Program-made: the position numbers and the translations under genes | Shown: positions 1 to 11,347 of the stretch, piece by piece | Position numbering within the stretch: the first letter of the stretch is position 1 | Layout of the letters: every line of letters begins with the position of its first letter | The notes under the pieces: model-generated | What the model saw: only the letters and a program-made list of their open reading frames with translations | What the model was told of the DNA's origin: nothing | Database searches by the model: none | From: Phycisphaerales bacterium | Lineage (GTDB): Bacteria > Planctomycetota > Phycisphaerae > Phycisphaerales > UBA5793 | DNA: 64,000 bases | Reading direction: 5' to 3' | Assembly (NCBI GenBank): GCA_043101845.1 | Contig: JBICHN010000007.1 | Span: forward strand, 38,224 to 102,223

Positions 1-2
1 TC

Positions 3-539
3 ATGGACATGAAGCGCGGCGACCACATCACGCTTTCGACGCTCCGTACAACCGTCCATGTCGGCGCGCACGCGGACGGAGCGAACCACTACGAACGCGA
101 CGGTCGCTCGATTGACGAGATGCCGCTCGAGCATTACCTCGGTCGATGCCAGGTCGTCCGCGTCGAAGTCGATCCGCGCACGCGCCTTTCGATCGACGAC
201 TTCGAGGATGAGATCACCGAGCGGCGCGTCCTCTTCGCGACCGGGTCGTGGCCGGACTCGACGAAGTTCAATGAGGACTTCTCCGCGTTCGATCCCGAGC
301 TCGTCGACGCGCTCGCCGCGAGCGGGGTCATCACGATCGGCATCGACACACCGAGCGTCGACCTCGCCGACTCGAAAGACCTCCCGGCCCACGCGGCGTT
401 CGCCCGGAACAAGGTCGCGATTCTCGAAGGACTCGACCTCTCGAAGGTCCCGCCCGGCGACTACGAACTCATCGCGCTCCCGCTCAAGCTCACCGGCTTC
501 GACGGCAGCCCGGTCCGGGCCGTCCTGCGCTCGTTTTGA
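3..539 (+). CDS. Cyclase-family protein (kynurenine formamidase/arylformamidase-like), 5' end truncated by the window edge
   Basis: ORF 3..539 reads through the window start; the translation resembles the cyclase family (KynB-like), including an HxGxHxD-type region (VHVGAHADG); codon usage matches the host. Confidence 0.65.
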   Translation: MDMKRGDHITLSTLRTTVHVGAHADGANHYERDGRSIDEMPLEHYLGRCQVVRVEVDPRTRLSIDDFEDEITERRVLFATGSWPDSTKFNEDFSAFDPELVDALAASGVITIGIDTPSVDLADSKDLPAHAAFARNKVAILEGLDLSKVPPGDYELIALPLKLTGFDGSPVRAVLRSF

Positions 540-605
540 ACGGAGAACCACAGAGGCGCAGAGACACAGAGAAGAGATGGGTTGGAATGGGAGCGGGGGA
601 GACAA

Positions 606-660
606 GCGACCACGCCGGAGATGAGGCCCGGCGATTCTCCGGATTCGACGCCCGAACGCA
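606..660. repeat. Hairpin repeat-family unit (ccggagatgaggcccggcgattctccggattcgacgcccga) followed by a tctcaaatc-type minisatellite (690-735)
   Basis: Same family as 55790 and 46224; lies 3' of the cyclase gene. Confidence 0.6.
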
Positions 661-788
661 AACAGCCCCGGCCGCGCGTCTCCCATCTCCCATTTCAAAT
701 CTCAAATCTCCAATCTCCAATCTCAGATCACTCGTGTTCCGCTCACCAGTCTCTTCCCACTCTTCTCTGAGCCTCGGCGCCTCTGTGG

Positions 789-1211
789 TCATTCCTCCCC
801 GATCGTCGCAATGACCTTGAGCTCGATCGCGATCGGCGTCGGGAGCGCGTTGATCTCGATCGTCGTGCGCGTCGGCTGGTTGTCCTTGAAGTACTCGGCG
901 TAGAGCCGGTTGTACGCGGCGAAGTCGTCCTTCATGTTCGTGAGAAACACGAGCACATCGACGACCTGGTCCCACGACGAGCCGGACTCCTCGAGAATCG
1001 TGCGCACATTCTGAAAGACCGAGTGGCACTGCGCCTCGATGTCGTAGCTCATGATCTCGCCGCGCTCGTCGAGTGTGACACCCGGAATCTCTTTCATCCC
1101 GCGCTTGCGCGGTCCGACGCCGGAGAGGAACAGAAGGTTCCCGACCCGCCGCGCATGCGGATACGCGCCGACCGGCTCGGGAGCGGATTTGCTGTGGATG
1201 GGATCGGGCAT
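789..1211 (-). CDS. RidA/YjgF family reactive-intermediate deaminase (AmnD-like context)
   Basis: 140-aa ORF with typical RidA/L-PSP endoribonuclease-family sequence (…VLVFLTNMKDDFAAYNRLYAEYF…). Confidence 0.8.
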   Translation of the reverse strand: MPDPIHSKSAPEPVGAYPHARRVGNLLFLSGVGPRKRGMKEIPGVTLDERGEIMSYDIEAQCHSVFQNVRTILEESGSSWDQVVDVLVFLTNMKDDFAAYNRLYAEYFKDNQPTRTTIEINALPTPIAIELKVIATIGEE

Positions 1212-1269
1212 GGTCGTTCCTGTGACTCAGGAGGAGATTGAGCCGTTCGAGCGCTGCCGGCGGTCGCGG

Positions 1270-2721
1270 CTAGGTCAGATCCACGCAGACATTCTTCGCC
1301 TCGGTGAAAAACTTGAGGGCGTCCCAGCCGCCTTCGCGGCCGAGCCCGCTTTGTTTCATGCCGCCGAACGGGGTCCGCAGGTCGCGGAGCATCCAGCAGT
1401 TCACCCAGACGATGCCCGCGTCGAGGCGCGACGCCACGCGGTGCGCCCGCGTGAGATCGCTCGTCCACACGATCGACGCGAGACCGTACGGCGTGCCGTT
1501 CGCGATCGCGAGCGCCTCATCCTCGTCGTCGAACGGCGTGATCGACACGACCGGGCCGAAGATCTCCTCCTGCTCGACGCGGCACGACGGGTCGAGCCCC
1601 GTCATCACCGTCGGCTCGTAGAAGAACCCGGAGGCGCAGCGATCGTTCGGCGCGTCGGCCCGGCGACCGCCAGTATGAATCTCGGCGCCGAGTTCGCGCG
1701 CCCGGTCCACGGCGCCGCTCACCTTTTCGAGATGCGCCGCCGACACGAGCGCGCCCATCGTCGTCGACTCGTCGAGCGGGTCGCCCACGCGCAGGCGGCC
1801 GACGAGTTTCGTGAATCGCGCCACAAAGTCGTCGAAGATCGACCGTTCCACGATGATCCGCGGTCCGCACAGGCAGATCTGTCCCTGGTTCGCGAACGAC
1901 GAGCGCACCGAGGTCTTCACGGCGCGGTCGAGGTCCGCGTCGGCGAAGATGAGGTTCGGGTTCTTCCCGCCGAGTTCGAGCGAGACGCGCTTGAACATCG
2001 GCGCCGTCGCCGTGGCGATCGCCTGGCCCGTCTTCGTCCCGCCGGTGAAGGAGATCGTGGGAATGTCGGGGTGTTCGACGATCGCCGCGCCGGCGCGGGG
2101 GCCGGTTCCGTGCACGATGTTGAGCACGCCGCGCGGCAGGCCGGCCTCGACGCACAGTTCGCTCAAGCGGAACGCGGTCATCGGCGTGACCTCCGACGGT
2201 TTGCCGACCGCGGTGTTCCCCGTCGCGAGCGCTGGGGCGATCTTCCAGGTGAAGAGATAAAGCGGCAGGTTCCAGGGCGAGATGAGCCCCGCGACGCCGC
2301 GCGGCTTGCGCAGCGTGTAGTTCAGCGCGGCGCCGTCCGTGTCGTGCGCCGGGGCTTCGCTGTGCAGAATCGCGGTCGCGAAGAAGCGGAAGTTCGACGC
2401 GGCCCGCGGAATGTCGACCGTTTTCGCGAGGGAGATCGGCTTGCCCGTATCGATCGATTCGGCCCGCGCGAGATCGTCGAGGTTCGCCTCGATGAGTTCG
2501 GCGATGCGGAGCAGGATCCGCGACCGCTCCGCCGCCGGTGTCGCCGACCACTCCGGAAACGCGCGCTTCGCCGCCTCGACGGCCCGGTCGACCTCGTCCG
2601 AATCGGAATCGGGCGATTCGGCGTAGACGGCGCCCGTCGCCGGCTCGACGACTTCGAGCGACGCGCCGCCCTGCGGGGCCGCGAGTTCGCCGTCGATGAA
2701 GTTCGCGAGTCGTGTCGTCAT
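1270..2721 (-). CDS. NAD(P)-dependent aldehyde dehydrogenase (2-hydroxy/2-aminomuconic semialdehyde dehydrogenase-like)
   Basis: ALDH hallmarks are present: ELGGKNP, the catalytic Cys region QGQICLCG and a GxGxxG-like NAD fold. Start set at MTTRLANF (ATG complement 2719-2721); the longer ORF to 3027 is upstream read-through. Confidence 0.85.
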   Translation of the reverse strand: MTTRLANFIDGELAAPQGGASLEVVEPATGAVYAESPDSDSDEVDRAVEAAKRAFPEWSATPAAERSRILLRIAELIEANLDDLARAESIDTGKPISLAKTVDIPRAASNFRFFATAILHSEAPAHDTDGAALNYTLRKPRGVAGLISPWNLPLYLFTWKIAPALATGNTAVGKPSEVTPMTAFRLSELCVEAGLPRGVLNIVHGTGPRAGAAIVEHPDIPTISFTGGTKTGQAIATATAPMFKRVSLELGGKNPNLIFADADLDRAVKTSVRSSFANQGQICLCGPRIIVERSIFDDFVARFTKLVGRLRVGDPLDESTTMGALVSAAHLEKVSGAVDRARELGAEIHTGGRRADAPNDRCASGFFYEPTVMTGLDPSCRVEQEEIFGPVVSITPFDDEDEALAIANGTPYGLASIVWTSDLTRAHRVASRLDAGIVWVNCWMLRDLRTPFGGMKQSGLGREGGWDALKFFTEAKNVCVDLT

Positions 2722-2788
2722 CGATCGCTCCGGGAGCGGACTGAATGAATAGACGCGCGCCGCGTCGCGTTGCGTGGCCTCGTGCGGG

Positions 2789-3583
2789 TCAGAGTGTGCC
2801 GAGTCGCCCGCCGTCCACCGGCAGGTTGATGCCGTTGATGTATCCCGCGGCCGGGGTCGCGAGGAACGCGATCGCGGCGCCGACCTCGTCCGGCCGCGCG
2901 AAGCGGCCGAGCGGCACGCTCCGCCGCATCTCCTCGGCGACCGCGTCCGGCGTCGAGTTTCCCTTGCCCGCCTTCGTTTCGATGAGGCTGCCGAGCCGCT
3001 CCGTGTCGGTGAAGCCGGGCAGCACATTGTTCACCGTGATGTGATGCGGCCCGAGTTCCTGCGAGAGCGTCTTCGCCCAGCTCGCCACGGCGCCGCGGAT
3101 CGTGTTCGACACGCCGAGCCCGGGAATCGGCTGCTTCACCGAGGTCGAGATGACATTGATGATGCGGCCGTACTGCGCCCGCTTCATCCCGGGCACGACC
3201 GCCTGCGTGATGATCTGGTTCGCGAGCAGGTGCAGGCGGAACGCCTTCGCGAAGTCTTCGGGGTCGGCGTCGATCGCCTGTCCCGCGGGCGGTCCGCCGG
3301 TGTTGTTCACGAGAATGTGGAAGGTCGCCCCGTCGTCGCCCTCGACGGCGCCGTGAATGGCGCGCTTCACCGAATCGGGATCGTGGAAGTCGGCCTGGAG
3401 CACGCCGTGCGCGCCGCCCTCGATGTCGGGAAGGTCGCCCGCGGTCGCGTCGAGCTTCTCCCGGTTCCGGGCGAAGAGGGTGAGCTGCGCGCCGAGCTTC
3501 GCGAGCTCAACCGCCGCGGCCCGGCCGATGCCCGCCGTCGACCCGCACACGAGCGCCCGCATTCCGACGAGGTTGATGTCCAT
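2789..3583 (-). CDS. SDR-family oxidoreductase
   Basis: N-terminal Rossmann motif VCGSTAGIGRAAA; SDR-like length and composition (264 aa). Confidence 0.8.
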   Translation of the reverse strand: MDINLVGMRALVCGSTAGIGRAAAVELAKLGAQLTLFARNREKLDATAGDLPDIEGGAHGVLQADFHDPDSVKRAIHGAVEGDDGATFHILVNNTGGPPAGQAIDADPEDFAKAFRLHLLANQIITQAVVPGMKRAQYGRIINVISTSVKQPIPGLGVSNTIRGAVASWAKTLSQELGPHHITVNNVLPGFTDTERLGSLIETKAGKGNSTPDAVAEEMRRSVPLGRFARPDEVGAAIAFLATPAAGYINGINLPVDGGRLGTL

Positions 3584-3897
3584 ACGCGGATGGTAGTCGA
3601 TCCCCGCGGAGATTCACGCCGATGAACGGACGCCGGTCCTGATCGCCACGAGCCTACTCGAGGATGCGAAAGGTGTAGTCGTCATAACCCGCACGGCGGG
3701 AGTGGCGTCGACATCCACGCATTCGAGATGCGGCGTCGTCGCATCGTCGTGCTCGATCTTGTACATGGAGTCGGCGCAGATCGGATTCTGCCCCTGCTTT
3801 GGCTTGATCACGAGGTCCCGCACACTGATCGAATCGACCTCGAGCAGTTATCGGTCCAAGGGGTATCACCATCTCCTCACAATCAATAATGTCATTG

Positions 3898-5079
3898 CTA
3901 TCGAACCGCCTCGGCGCGGTGCGGTAATGTTCGAACAGTAATGAAGTATCCGCCGCTGACTTCGTTTGGTGGTTCGGACCAGTTCGCCCAGCCGACCATT
4001 TGACCACGGTTGTTCATGTCCAGCGGACGCCAGAGTTCGAGATCCTGTGCCGCGCCAGGAAGGAGTCGCTGGAGTTCGATCGTCCCGGTTTCCGGTGTCC
4101 AAAGCAGGGGCGTCGGTGGCATGGCGCGCCGTTGCGTCGTGATCCAAGGACCATTCGCCATGGCGAAGCCGCCCCCGACCTCGTCGCTTCTGAACAACAG
4201 TTGCGGGCTCTCGTACACTCCATTCTGGTCGACCGTCGAAAGAAAGTAATTCCAATCTTCCGAGACGAGGAGTATGTCCCCGTGGTCGTTGAGTGCGACT
4301 CCACCCTCGGCGCCATCCGGCAGTAGACCCTTCAGCACTCGCTCGCGATTGATTGGATCCCAGAGAAGTGGATGATCGGGCGAAGTGGAGGTCGTCCCGA
4401 GGCCCAGCGAATCCGCATTCATCCGTGCGATCCCGCCGACGCCCCCGGGCATCACATCGACGAAGCCAAACTTCGGGTTATATGTATCCCCTTCAGCGAC
4501 CATCCACAGATCGTCACTCACATCCGACATGGCCACGCTGTGTCCCATGTAGGAATCCGGTAGCTCAATCAACTCACCCGTGTGCATTGATAGATAGCTG
4601 GAGATTTCAGTCAGAGGATAGTTCAAGAACAGAACATCGCCCAAGTTGTTAATGCTCATGTGTAGGAACACGCGCATACGCCCGAGGAGGCTCGTGTCAA
4701 TAAAATCAAATCGACCGTCCTGCCATCTCGCCACGAAGTACCAGTCCTCGCCGGTCGCCTGTTCGGGGACGGCAATCGCAATGGCGACCACACCGAACTC
4801 GTTTATCGAGAAGGGGGTCAATGGATACGGACCCGATTCCGGTTCCATCATGCCGAAGATCCACAGCGGAAGATCGTCGATCGAACAGCGAATGAGTTCG
4901 ATCGAGTTCCGCTCGATCGGCCATGCCGCAGCGGTCATCGCCGTTTCCGCCGTATGCGCCGACGATGACGCTGAAGCCGACGAGATCGCGTCGGCGCCCT
5001 CGCCGCCGCGGGACAATGCCGCGATGGCGATCGCGAGCGCGGCGCACCCGCCGAGCCCTCTGGTGATGTTCGTACGCAT
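3898..5079 (-). CDS. Secreted repeat protein (signal peptide; HAF-like extracellular repeat theme)
   Basis: Start at MRTNITRGLGGCAALAIAIAALS (signal peptide); recurring LLWxP/Gxx…G repeat blocks; a paralogous theme to the 37834..39240 gene. Confidence 0.5.
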   Translation of the reverse strand: MRTNITRGLGGCAALAIAIAALSRGGEGADAISSASASSSAHTAETAMTAAAWPIERNSIELIRCSIDDLPLWIFGMMEPESGPYPLTPFSINEFGVVAIAIAVPEQATGEDWYFVARWQDGRFDFIDTSLLGRMRVFLHMSINNLGDVLFLNYPLTEISSYLSMHTGELIELPDSYMGHSVAMSDVSDDLWMVAEGDTYNPKFGFVDVMPGGVGGIARMNADSLGLGTTSTSPDHPLLWDPINRERVLKGLLPDGAEGGVALNDHGDILLVSEDWNYFLSTVDQNGVYESPQLLFRSDEVGGGFAMANGPWITTQRRAMPPTPLLWTPETGTIELQRLLPGAAQDLELWRPLDMNNRGQMVGWANWSEPPNEVSGGYFITVRTLPHRAEAVR

Positions 5080-5323
5080 ATGCCCTCCCTGGCTTGAACT
5101 CGCCGATGTGTCGCACAACACCGTCTAACACGGATACGAGATGCTGTCAATCAATACGGATTCAACGATCGATCGCCAGTATGGATAGATGTACCCGTGA
5201 ATACAACAGACATCTCACGGATCGGCCTTCACGCTGTTTGATCGTCTCTCGGCGGGATCGTGGGCGGATGATGGCGAATCGACGGCGCCACGGTGTCGTC
5301 GCCCGCCAGGATATGATGCCGCC

Positions 5324-6370
5324 ATGTCTCGATCCGACGACGAACCACAGCAGGTGATGAAGGCGACGCTCGCCGAGCTCGTGCAGGGGGGCTCGCTCGA
5401 CGAGCGCCGCGCGTACGAAGTGTTCTCCATCATCATGGACGGTGGGGCGGAGGAATCGCAGATCGGCGCCCTGCTTGCGCTCATCGCCCGGCGGGGGCCG
5501 ACGGTCTCCGAACTCACCGGCGCCGCGCGCGTCATGCGCGAGCATGTCACCGGCGTGCCGACGGACGAATCGTGGCGCGACCGCGTGATCGACACCTGCG
5601 GCACGGGCGGGGCGCCGAAGACCTTCAATGTCTCGACCGCCGCGGCGCTCGTCGCCGCCGGCGCCGGCGCGAAGGTCGCGAAGCACGGCAACCGCTCGCG
5701 GAGCGGGCGCGGCTCGGCCGAGGTCCTCGAAGCGCTCGGCGTGAATGTCGCCGCGTCGCCCGAAACCCAGGGCCGCTGCCTCGACGAGGCCGGCGTCTGC
5801 TTCAGCTTCGCGATCCACCACCACCCGGCGACGCGGCATGCGACCCCGGCCCGCAAAGCGCTCGCGTTCCCGACGATCTTCAACCTCCTCGGCCCGCTCA
5901 CGAATCCCGCCGGCGCCGGGCGCCAGCTCATGGGCGTCTTCACGAAGGAGTTCGCGCGACTCAACGCGGAGACGCTCGCGACGCTCGGCTGCCGCCGCGC
6001 GTTCGTCGTGCACGGCGACGACGGGCTCGACGAAATCTCGACAACGGCGCGGACGACCGTGTTTGAAGTGCGCGACGGGCGCGTCGAAGAGTGGAGCGTC
6101 GGGCCGGAGGAACTCGGGATCGAGCGCGTCGAACTCGAAGCGCTCACGCCGACGAACGGGCTCGACGAAGCGGTCCGCTGGCTCGAGGGCGCGATCGACG
6201 GCGAGGCGGGACCGATCCGCGACATCACGCTCGTCAACGCCGCGGCCGCGATCGTCGTCGCCGGCCTCGCCGACACGCTCGACGACGGCATGGCCGCGGC
6301 GGAAAAGTCGATCGACACCGGCGCCGCCCGCGCCGCGCTCACGCAACTCGTCGAATGTTCGAATGGGTAG
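5324..6370 (+). CDS. trpD: Anthranilate phosphoribosyltransferase
   Basis: 348 aa; TrpD motifs DTCGTGG, KHGNRS and the VFTKEF…HGDDGLDEIS region. Confidence 0.85.
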   Translation: MSRSDDEPQQVMKATLAELVQGGSLDERRAYEVFSIIMDGGAEESQIGALLALIARRGPTVSELTGAARVMREHVTGVPTDESWRDRVIDTCGTGGAPKTFNVSTAAALVAAGAGAKVAKHGNRSRSGRGSAEVLEALGVNVAASPETQGRCLDEAGVCFSFAIHHHPATRHATPARKALAFPTIFNLLGPLTNPAGAGRQLMGVFTKEFARLNAETLATLGCRRAFVVHGDDGLDEISTTARTTVFEVRDGRVEEWSVGPEELGIERVELEALTPTNGLDEAVRWLEGAIDGEAGPIRDITLVNAAAAIVVAGLADTLDDGMAAAEKSIDTGAARAALTQLVECSNG

Positions 6371-6571
6371 GTCAGGCTCTTGCCTGACGGTTGGGCGTGC
6401 GAGGTCGTATCCGGGTTCGCTTCGTCGATTGAGCTGCGAAGATCCAACCGGTCGGCAGTAGCCGAACCTACCCCGGTCCTGTGGCTTCCCCAAACCTCAG
6501 CCACAGCCACCCCAGGCGCCCCGTGCGACATATGAGCGGGTGGCTGTGGTTGGACCGCAGGGAAACCACAG
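6367..6571. repeat. Composite structured intergenic repeat, copy 1 (arms gtaggtCAGGctcttgcc…, …ctgtggcttcccc-N-cagccacagccaccc/gggtggctgtggttgg-ccgcagggaaaccacag)
   Basis: Begins on the trpD TAG stop; long imperfect inverted repeats; homologous to copies at 36880, 37250 and 39237. Confidence 0.65.
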
Positions 6572-6824
6572 CGCCAGGAACGACGGTGATCGGGACACGC
6601 TCTCGCGATTCAGCACCGCTCGTCACTCGTAGAGCCGCGCTCTGTGAGCGGGGTCGCGGCGCAGGGGGTCAACCCCCCGGAGCCGCGAATCGTCGCGCGA
6701 CGGACGCCGAACTTCGAGGCTCCGCCCCGTTGAGGGGCTACGCCTCGACCCCGTGCACAGCACGCGGCTCTACGGGGGGACGATTCGGATGGGCTCGAGG
6801 AGTCCGGGAGATTCCGTTCCTTAG

Positions 6825-8528
<1,704 letters not shown>

Positions 8529-8560
8529 TCCCGGACGCGACGACATTCGACACCTTTCCC

Positions 8561-8595
8561 ACGCCCGCGGCCGATTCGGCCGCGGGCGTTTTGGT
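8561..8595 (+). terminator. Rho-independent terminator hairpin after atpD
   Basis: cccgcggccg-attc-ggccgcgggcg followed by tttt. Confidence 0.55.
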
Positions 8596-8690
8596 TGGCG
8601 CAGGGGGGCTCAGTCGCCTATCCTGTTCGTCGAGCGCCGGCCGATTCCGCCGGCGTGTTCTATCGATCGGTCCCCCGGGAGATTGACCTC

Positions 8691-9878
8691 ATGGCCGCTG
8701 CACGAATCGTTACCGAGCCGACCTCGTCCACCCGAGGACTCGTCGGGCTCATCACGCTCATCCTCATCACGGCGCTCATGTACCTCGGACTGCGCACGGC
8801 CTTCGCCGACACGCTGATCGGTGGCGGCGGCGGCATGGTCGTCGGCGCGATCGACGGGCACGACGCGCACGGCGACGACCATGACAAGGTCGTCTTCGCG
8901 CCGACCTTCCGCGTCGGACGCGAAGTCGTCTGGGAACAGACCGCGGACTCGAAGGGATCGCAGTCCTTCGGCGATCAGGAGTTCCCGAACGACGCGTATT
9001 CGGCCCTCACGATGCGCGTGCGCACCGAGTCGGTCGACGAGAACGGCGTCGCGACGATTACGATGACCTACGACCGCGTCGCGATGCGCGGCAACGCGTT
9101 CTTCGGCGGCGAGTATTCCTACGACAGCGCCATGCCGATGGCCGTCGCGTCGCCCGGCGTCGGTCCCGCGCTCACGAAACTACTCGACGCGACGATCACC
9201 GCGAAGGTCGCGCCCGACGGCAAGGTCAGCGAGGTGACCGGTAATGAAGAAGCCTTCGAAGCCATGCAGGCCGTCGCGCAACTCTCCGGCAAGGCGGGCG
9301 AATTCAGCGCGCAGGGCCTCAGCCAGATGATCGAAAGCTTCTGGCTCGTCGGGTCACCCGGACAGTCGTTCGAAGAGGGCGACACCTGGGAGGAGAGTTC
9401 CGACAGCGACTGGCAGGGGATGGGCACGCTCACCATCGCGACCGATTACAAGATGAGTGAAGTGACCGACGAGCAGGCGCGCGTCGACTTCCAGATTCTC
9501 ATCAGCCTCGATGTCGAGATTCCCGAGACGAATCCGGAAGAGGATCCGTTCCCGATTCTCGGCGTGAACCTCGTCTCCGAAGAGAACAAGGGCCACCTCC
9601 TCTACGACCTCACCGCCCACGAACTCGCGTTCCGCGAAAGCCACCTCGGCTTCAAGCTCACGACGAAGCAGCGGGGCCTGTTTGAAGGTCAGGAAGAGAT
9701 GGAGAATGTGCGCACCCAGTCGGTGACCGCCATTCTCACCCGCAAGGAAGTCGTGAGCCCGGGCGCCGAGCCGGTCGCGCATCACGGCGCCGAAGACGCC
9801 GACGATCATCATGAGGACGATCACGACGATGACGGAAGCCACGAAGACGGCGACGGCGACGGTGACGGCGATCATTGA
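8691..9878 (+). CDS. Hypothetical membrane-anchored protein with a His/Asp-rich C-terminal tail
   Basis: One N-terminal TM helix (LVGLITLILITALMYLGL); the C-terminus HHGAEDADDHHEDDHDDDGSHEDGDGDGDGDH looks like a metal-binding tail; host codon usage. Confidence 0.5.
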   Translation: MAAARIVTEPTSSTRGLVGLITLILITALMYLGLRTAFADTLIGGGGGMVVGAIDGHDAHGDDHDKVVFAPTFRVGREVVWEQTADSKGSQSFGDQEFPNDAYSALTMRVRTESVDENGVATITMTYDRVAMRGNAFFGGEYSYDSAMPMAVASPGVGPALTKLLDATITAKVAPDGKVSEVTGNEEAFEAMQAVAQLSGKAGEFSAQGLSQMIESFWLVGSPGQSFEEGDTWEESSDSDWQGMGTLTIATDYKMSEVTDEQARVDFQILISLDVEIPETNPEEDPFPILGVNLVSEENKGHLLYDLTAHELAFRESHLGFKLTTKQRGLFEGQEEMENVRTQSVTAILTRKEVVSPGAEPVAHHGAEDADDHHEDDHDDDGSHEDGDGDGDGDH

Positions 9879-9933
9879 GCCCGCGCAGTTAATTTGACCC
9901 GCACGGCCTCGGCCCGCGCCGGGGCCGTATCTT

Positions 9934-11229
9934 TTGAACGACATGGTCGAACGGGTTTCGCTTCCCATCCTCACGCTCGAGACGCGCGATCAGAAGTATT
10001 CGTGCCACGCCTGTGGTCTGTGCTGCCGCGACTTCACGGTGCAGCTGCGCGACGAAGACATCCGCAAACTCGACGAGCAGAAGTGGGACGACGAGTTCGG
10101 TCATGTGCCGTATCTCGAGTTCCGCGGCCAGACCTGGCTGCGCCAACGGAAGGACGGCTCCTGCGTCTTCCTGCTCGACGACGGTCGATGCCGCATTCAT
10201 GCGGAGCACGGCTTCCGCGAGAAGCCGCTCGCCTGCCAGCTCTTTCCGTTCGCGATCATTCCGGGAGAGCGCGGCCAGCAGATCGGTCTCAGCTTCGCCT
10301 GCCCATCGGTCGTGAACAACCGTGGCGCCGGCCTCGACACGCACTGGAAGGATGTGCGTCGAATGGCGCGGGCGCTCGGCGAGCGCACGCCGCCGCGCCA
10401 TTCGCTCACACTCGAAGGGCGCACGCCACTCGACGCCGCGGCGGTCGACGCGATCAACCGCTCGCTTGATCGCTGGATGCTTCGCGACGATCTCGATATC
10501 GAAACCCGCCTCGAAGGGCTCGCGCTGCTCACCGCGACGCTGCGGGATGAGAAGCTGTCGACCATCGTCGAGGGCGGCAAGCTGGGTGCGCTCTTCGATC
10601 AACTCCTCGACGCGGCGCCGGACGAGATGGGCGAGCGCCCCGCGGCGGCCCCGACGGCGCGGCAGCTCAAACAACTCCGCCAGCGCGTCTTCGCCCATGT
10701 CGAAGATCCGAAGATCCCAACGCTCGGCGGTCGCTTCGCCGTGCGCCGTCGCGCGTTCCAGCAGCTTCGCATCAACCGCCGCTTCAGTCGCGGCCGCGGC
10801 GCGACGCCCGTTCCGATCGGCGCCGACTGGCCGGCCGAAGTCCCTCTCGAATCGGTGGACACCGTTGACGCCGCCCGCGACCCCGAAACGATCGCGTGGT
10901 TCGACTCACTCATGACGCGGTATGTTCGGGCGCGCGTGCACGGCGGCCGCGCGTTCGGGCCCGGGTACTACGGCTTCTCCGTACTCGACGGCCTCGATTC
11001 ACTCTGGCTCGACCTCGCCGTGACCGGCTGGCTCGCGCGGCACCATGCCGCCGGAATGAATCGAGCGACCATCGAAGCCCGCGACATCGAGGCGGCGCTC
11101 ATCCGCGTCGACCGCGCCGCCGGCCGCGCCCCGTGGCTCGGCTCGCGGGCCGAGCGTCTCCGCCTCCAGTTTCTTACGCAGAAGGAAGGCGTCCGCCGGC
11201 TGCGACGGTCCTGGCGGATGACCGACTGA
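9934..11229 (+). CDS. YkgJ/UPF0153-family cysteine-cluster protein
   Basis: CHACGLCC (CxxCxxCC) motif near the N-terminus plus a second Cys cluster (CVFLLDDGRCRIH). Confidence 0.65.
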   Translation: MNDMVERVSLPILTLETRDQKYSCHACGLCCRDFTVQLRDEDIRKLDEQKWDDEFGHVPYLEFRGQTWLRQRKDGSCVFLLDDGRCRIHAEHGFREKPLACQLFPFAIIPGERGQQIGLSFACPSVVNNRGAGLDTHWKDVRRMARALGERTPPRHSLTLEGRTPLDAAAVDAINRSLDRWMLRDDLDIETRLEGLALLTATLRDEKLSTIVEGGKLGALFDQLLDAAPDEMGERPAAAPTARQLKQLRQRVFAHVEDPKIPTLGGRFAVRRRAFQQLRINRRFSRGRGATPVPIGADWPAEVPLESVDTVDAARDPETIAWFDSLMTRYVRARVHGGRAFGPGYYGFSVLDGLDSLWLDLAVTGWLARHHAAGMNRATIEARDIEAALIRVDRAAGRAPWLGSRAERLRLQFLTQKEGVRRLRRSWRMTD

Positions 11230-11347
11230 GGAAACTTGACGAGTGTTGCAAGAGATCGCCATCGCCTCGACATGGTGCGATGAGCCGTCACACTGCACAG
11301 GAATGGCGGCGGCTCCCACGACTCCCCATTCGATTCAGGAGGGCGCC

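Noticed and set aside
1051-2748. 565-aa plus-strand ORF over the aldehyde dehydrogenase gene
   Set aside because: Antisense shadow; Arg-rich low-complexity translation.
1270-3027. Full 585-aa ORF for the aldehyde dehydrogenase
   Set aside because: The N-terminal ~100 codons are Arg/Ser-rich read-through overlapping the SDR gene; the conserved ALDH sequence begins at MTTRLANF (start at 2721).
5162-6531. 443-aa and 438-aa minus-strand ORFs over trpD
   Set aside because: Antisense shadows of a well-supported trpD.
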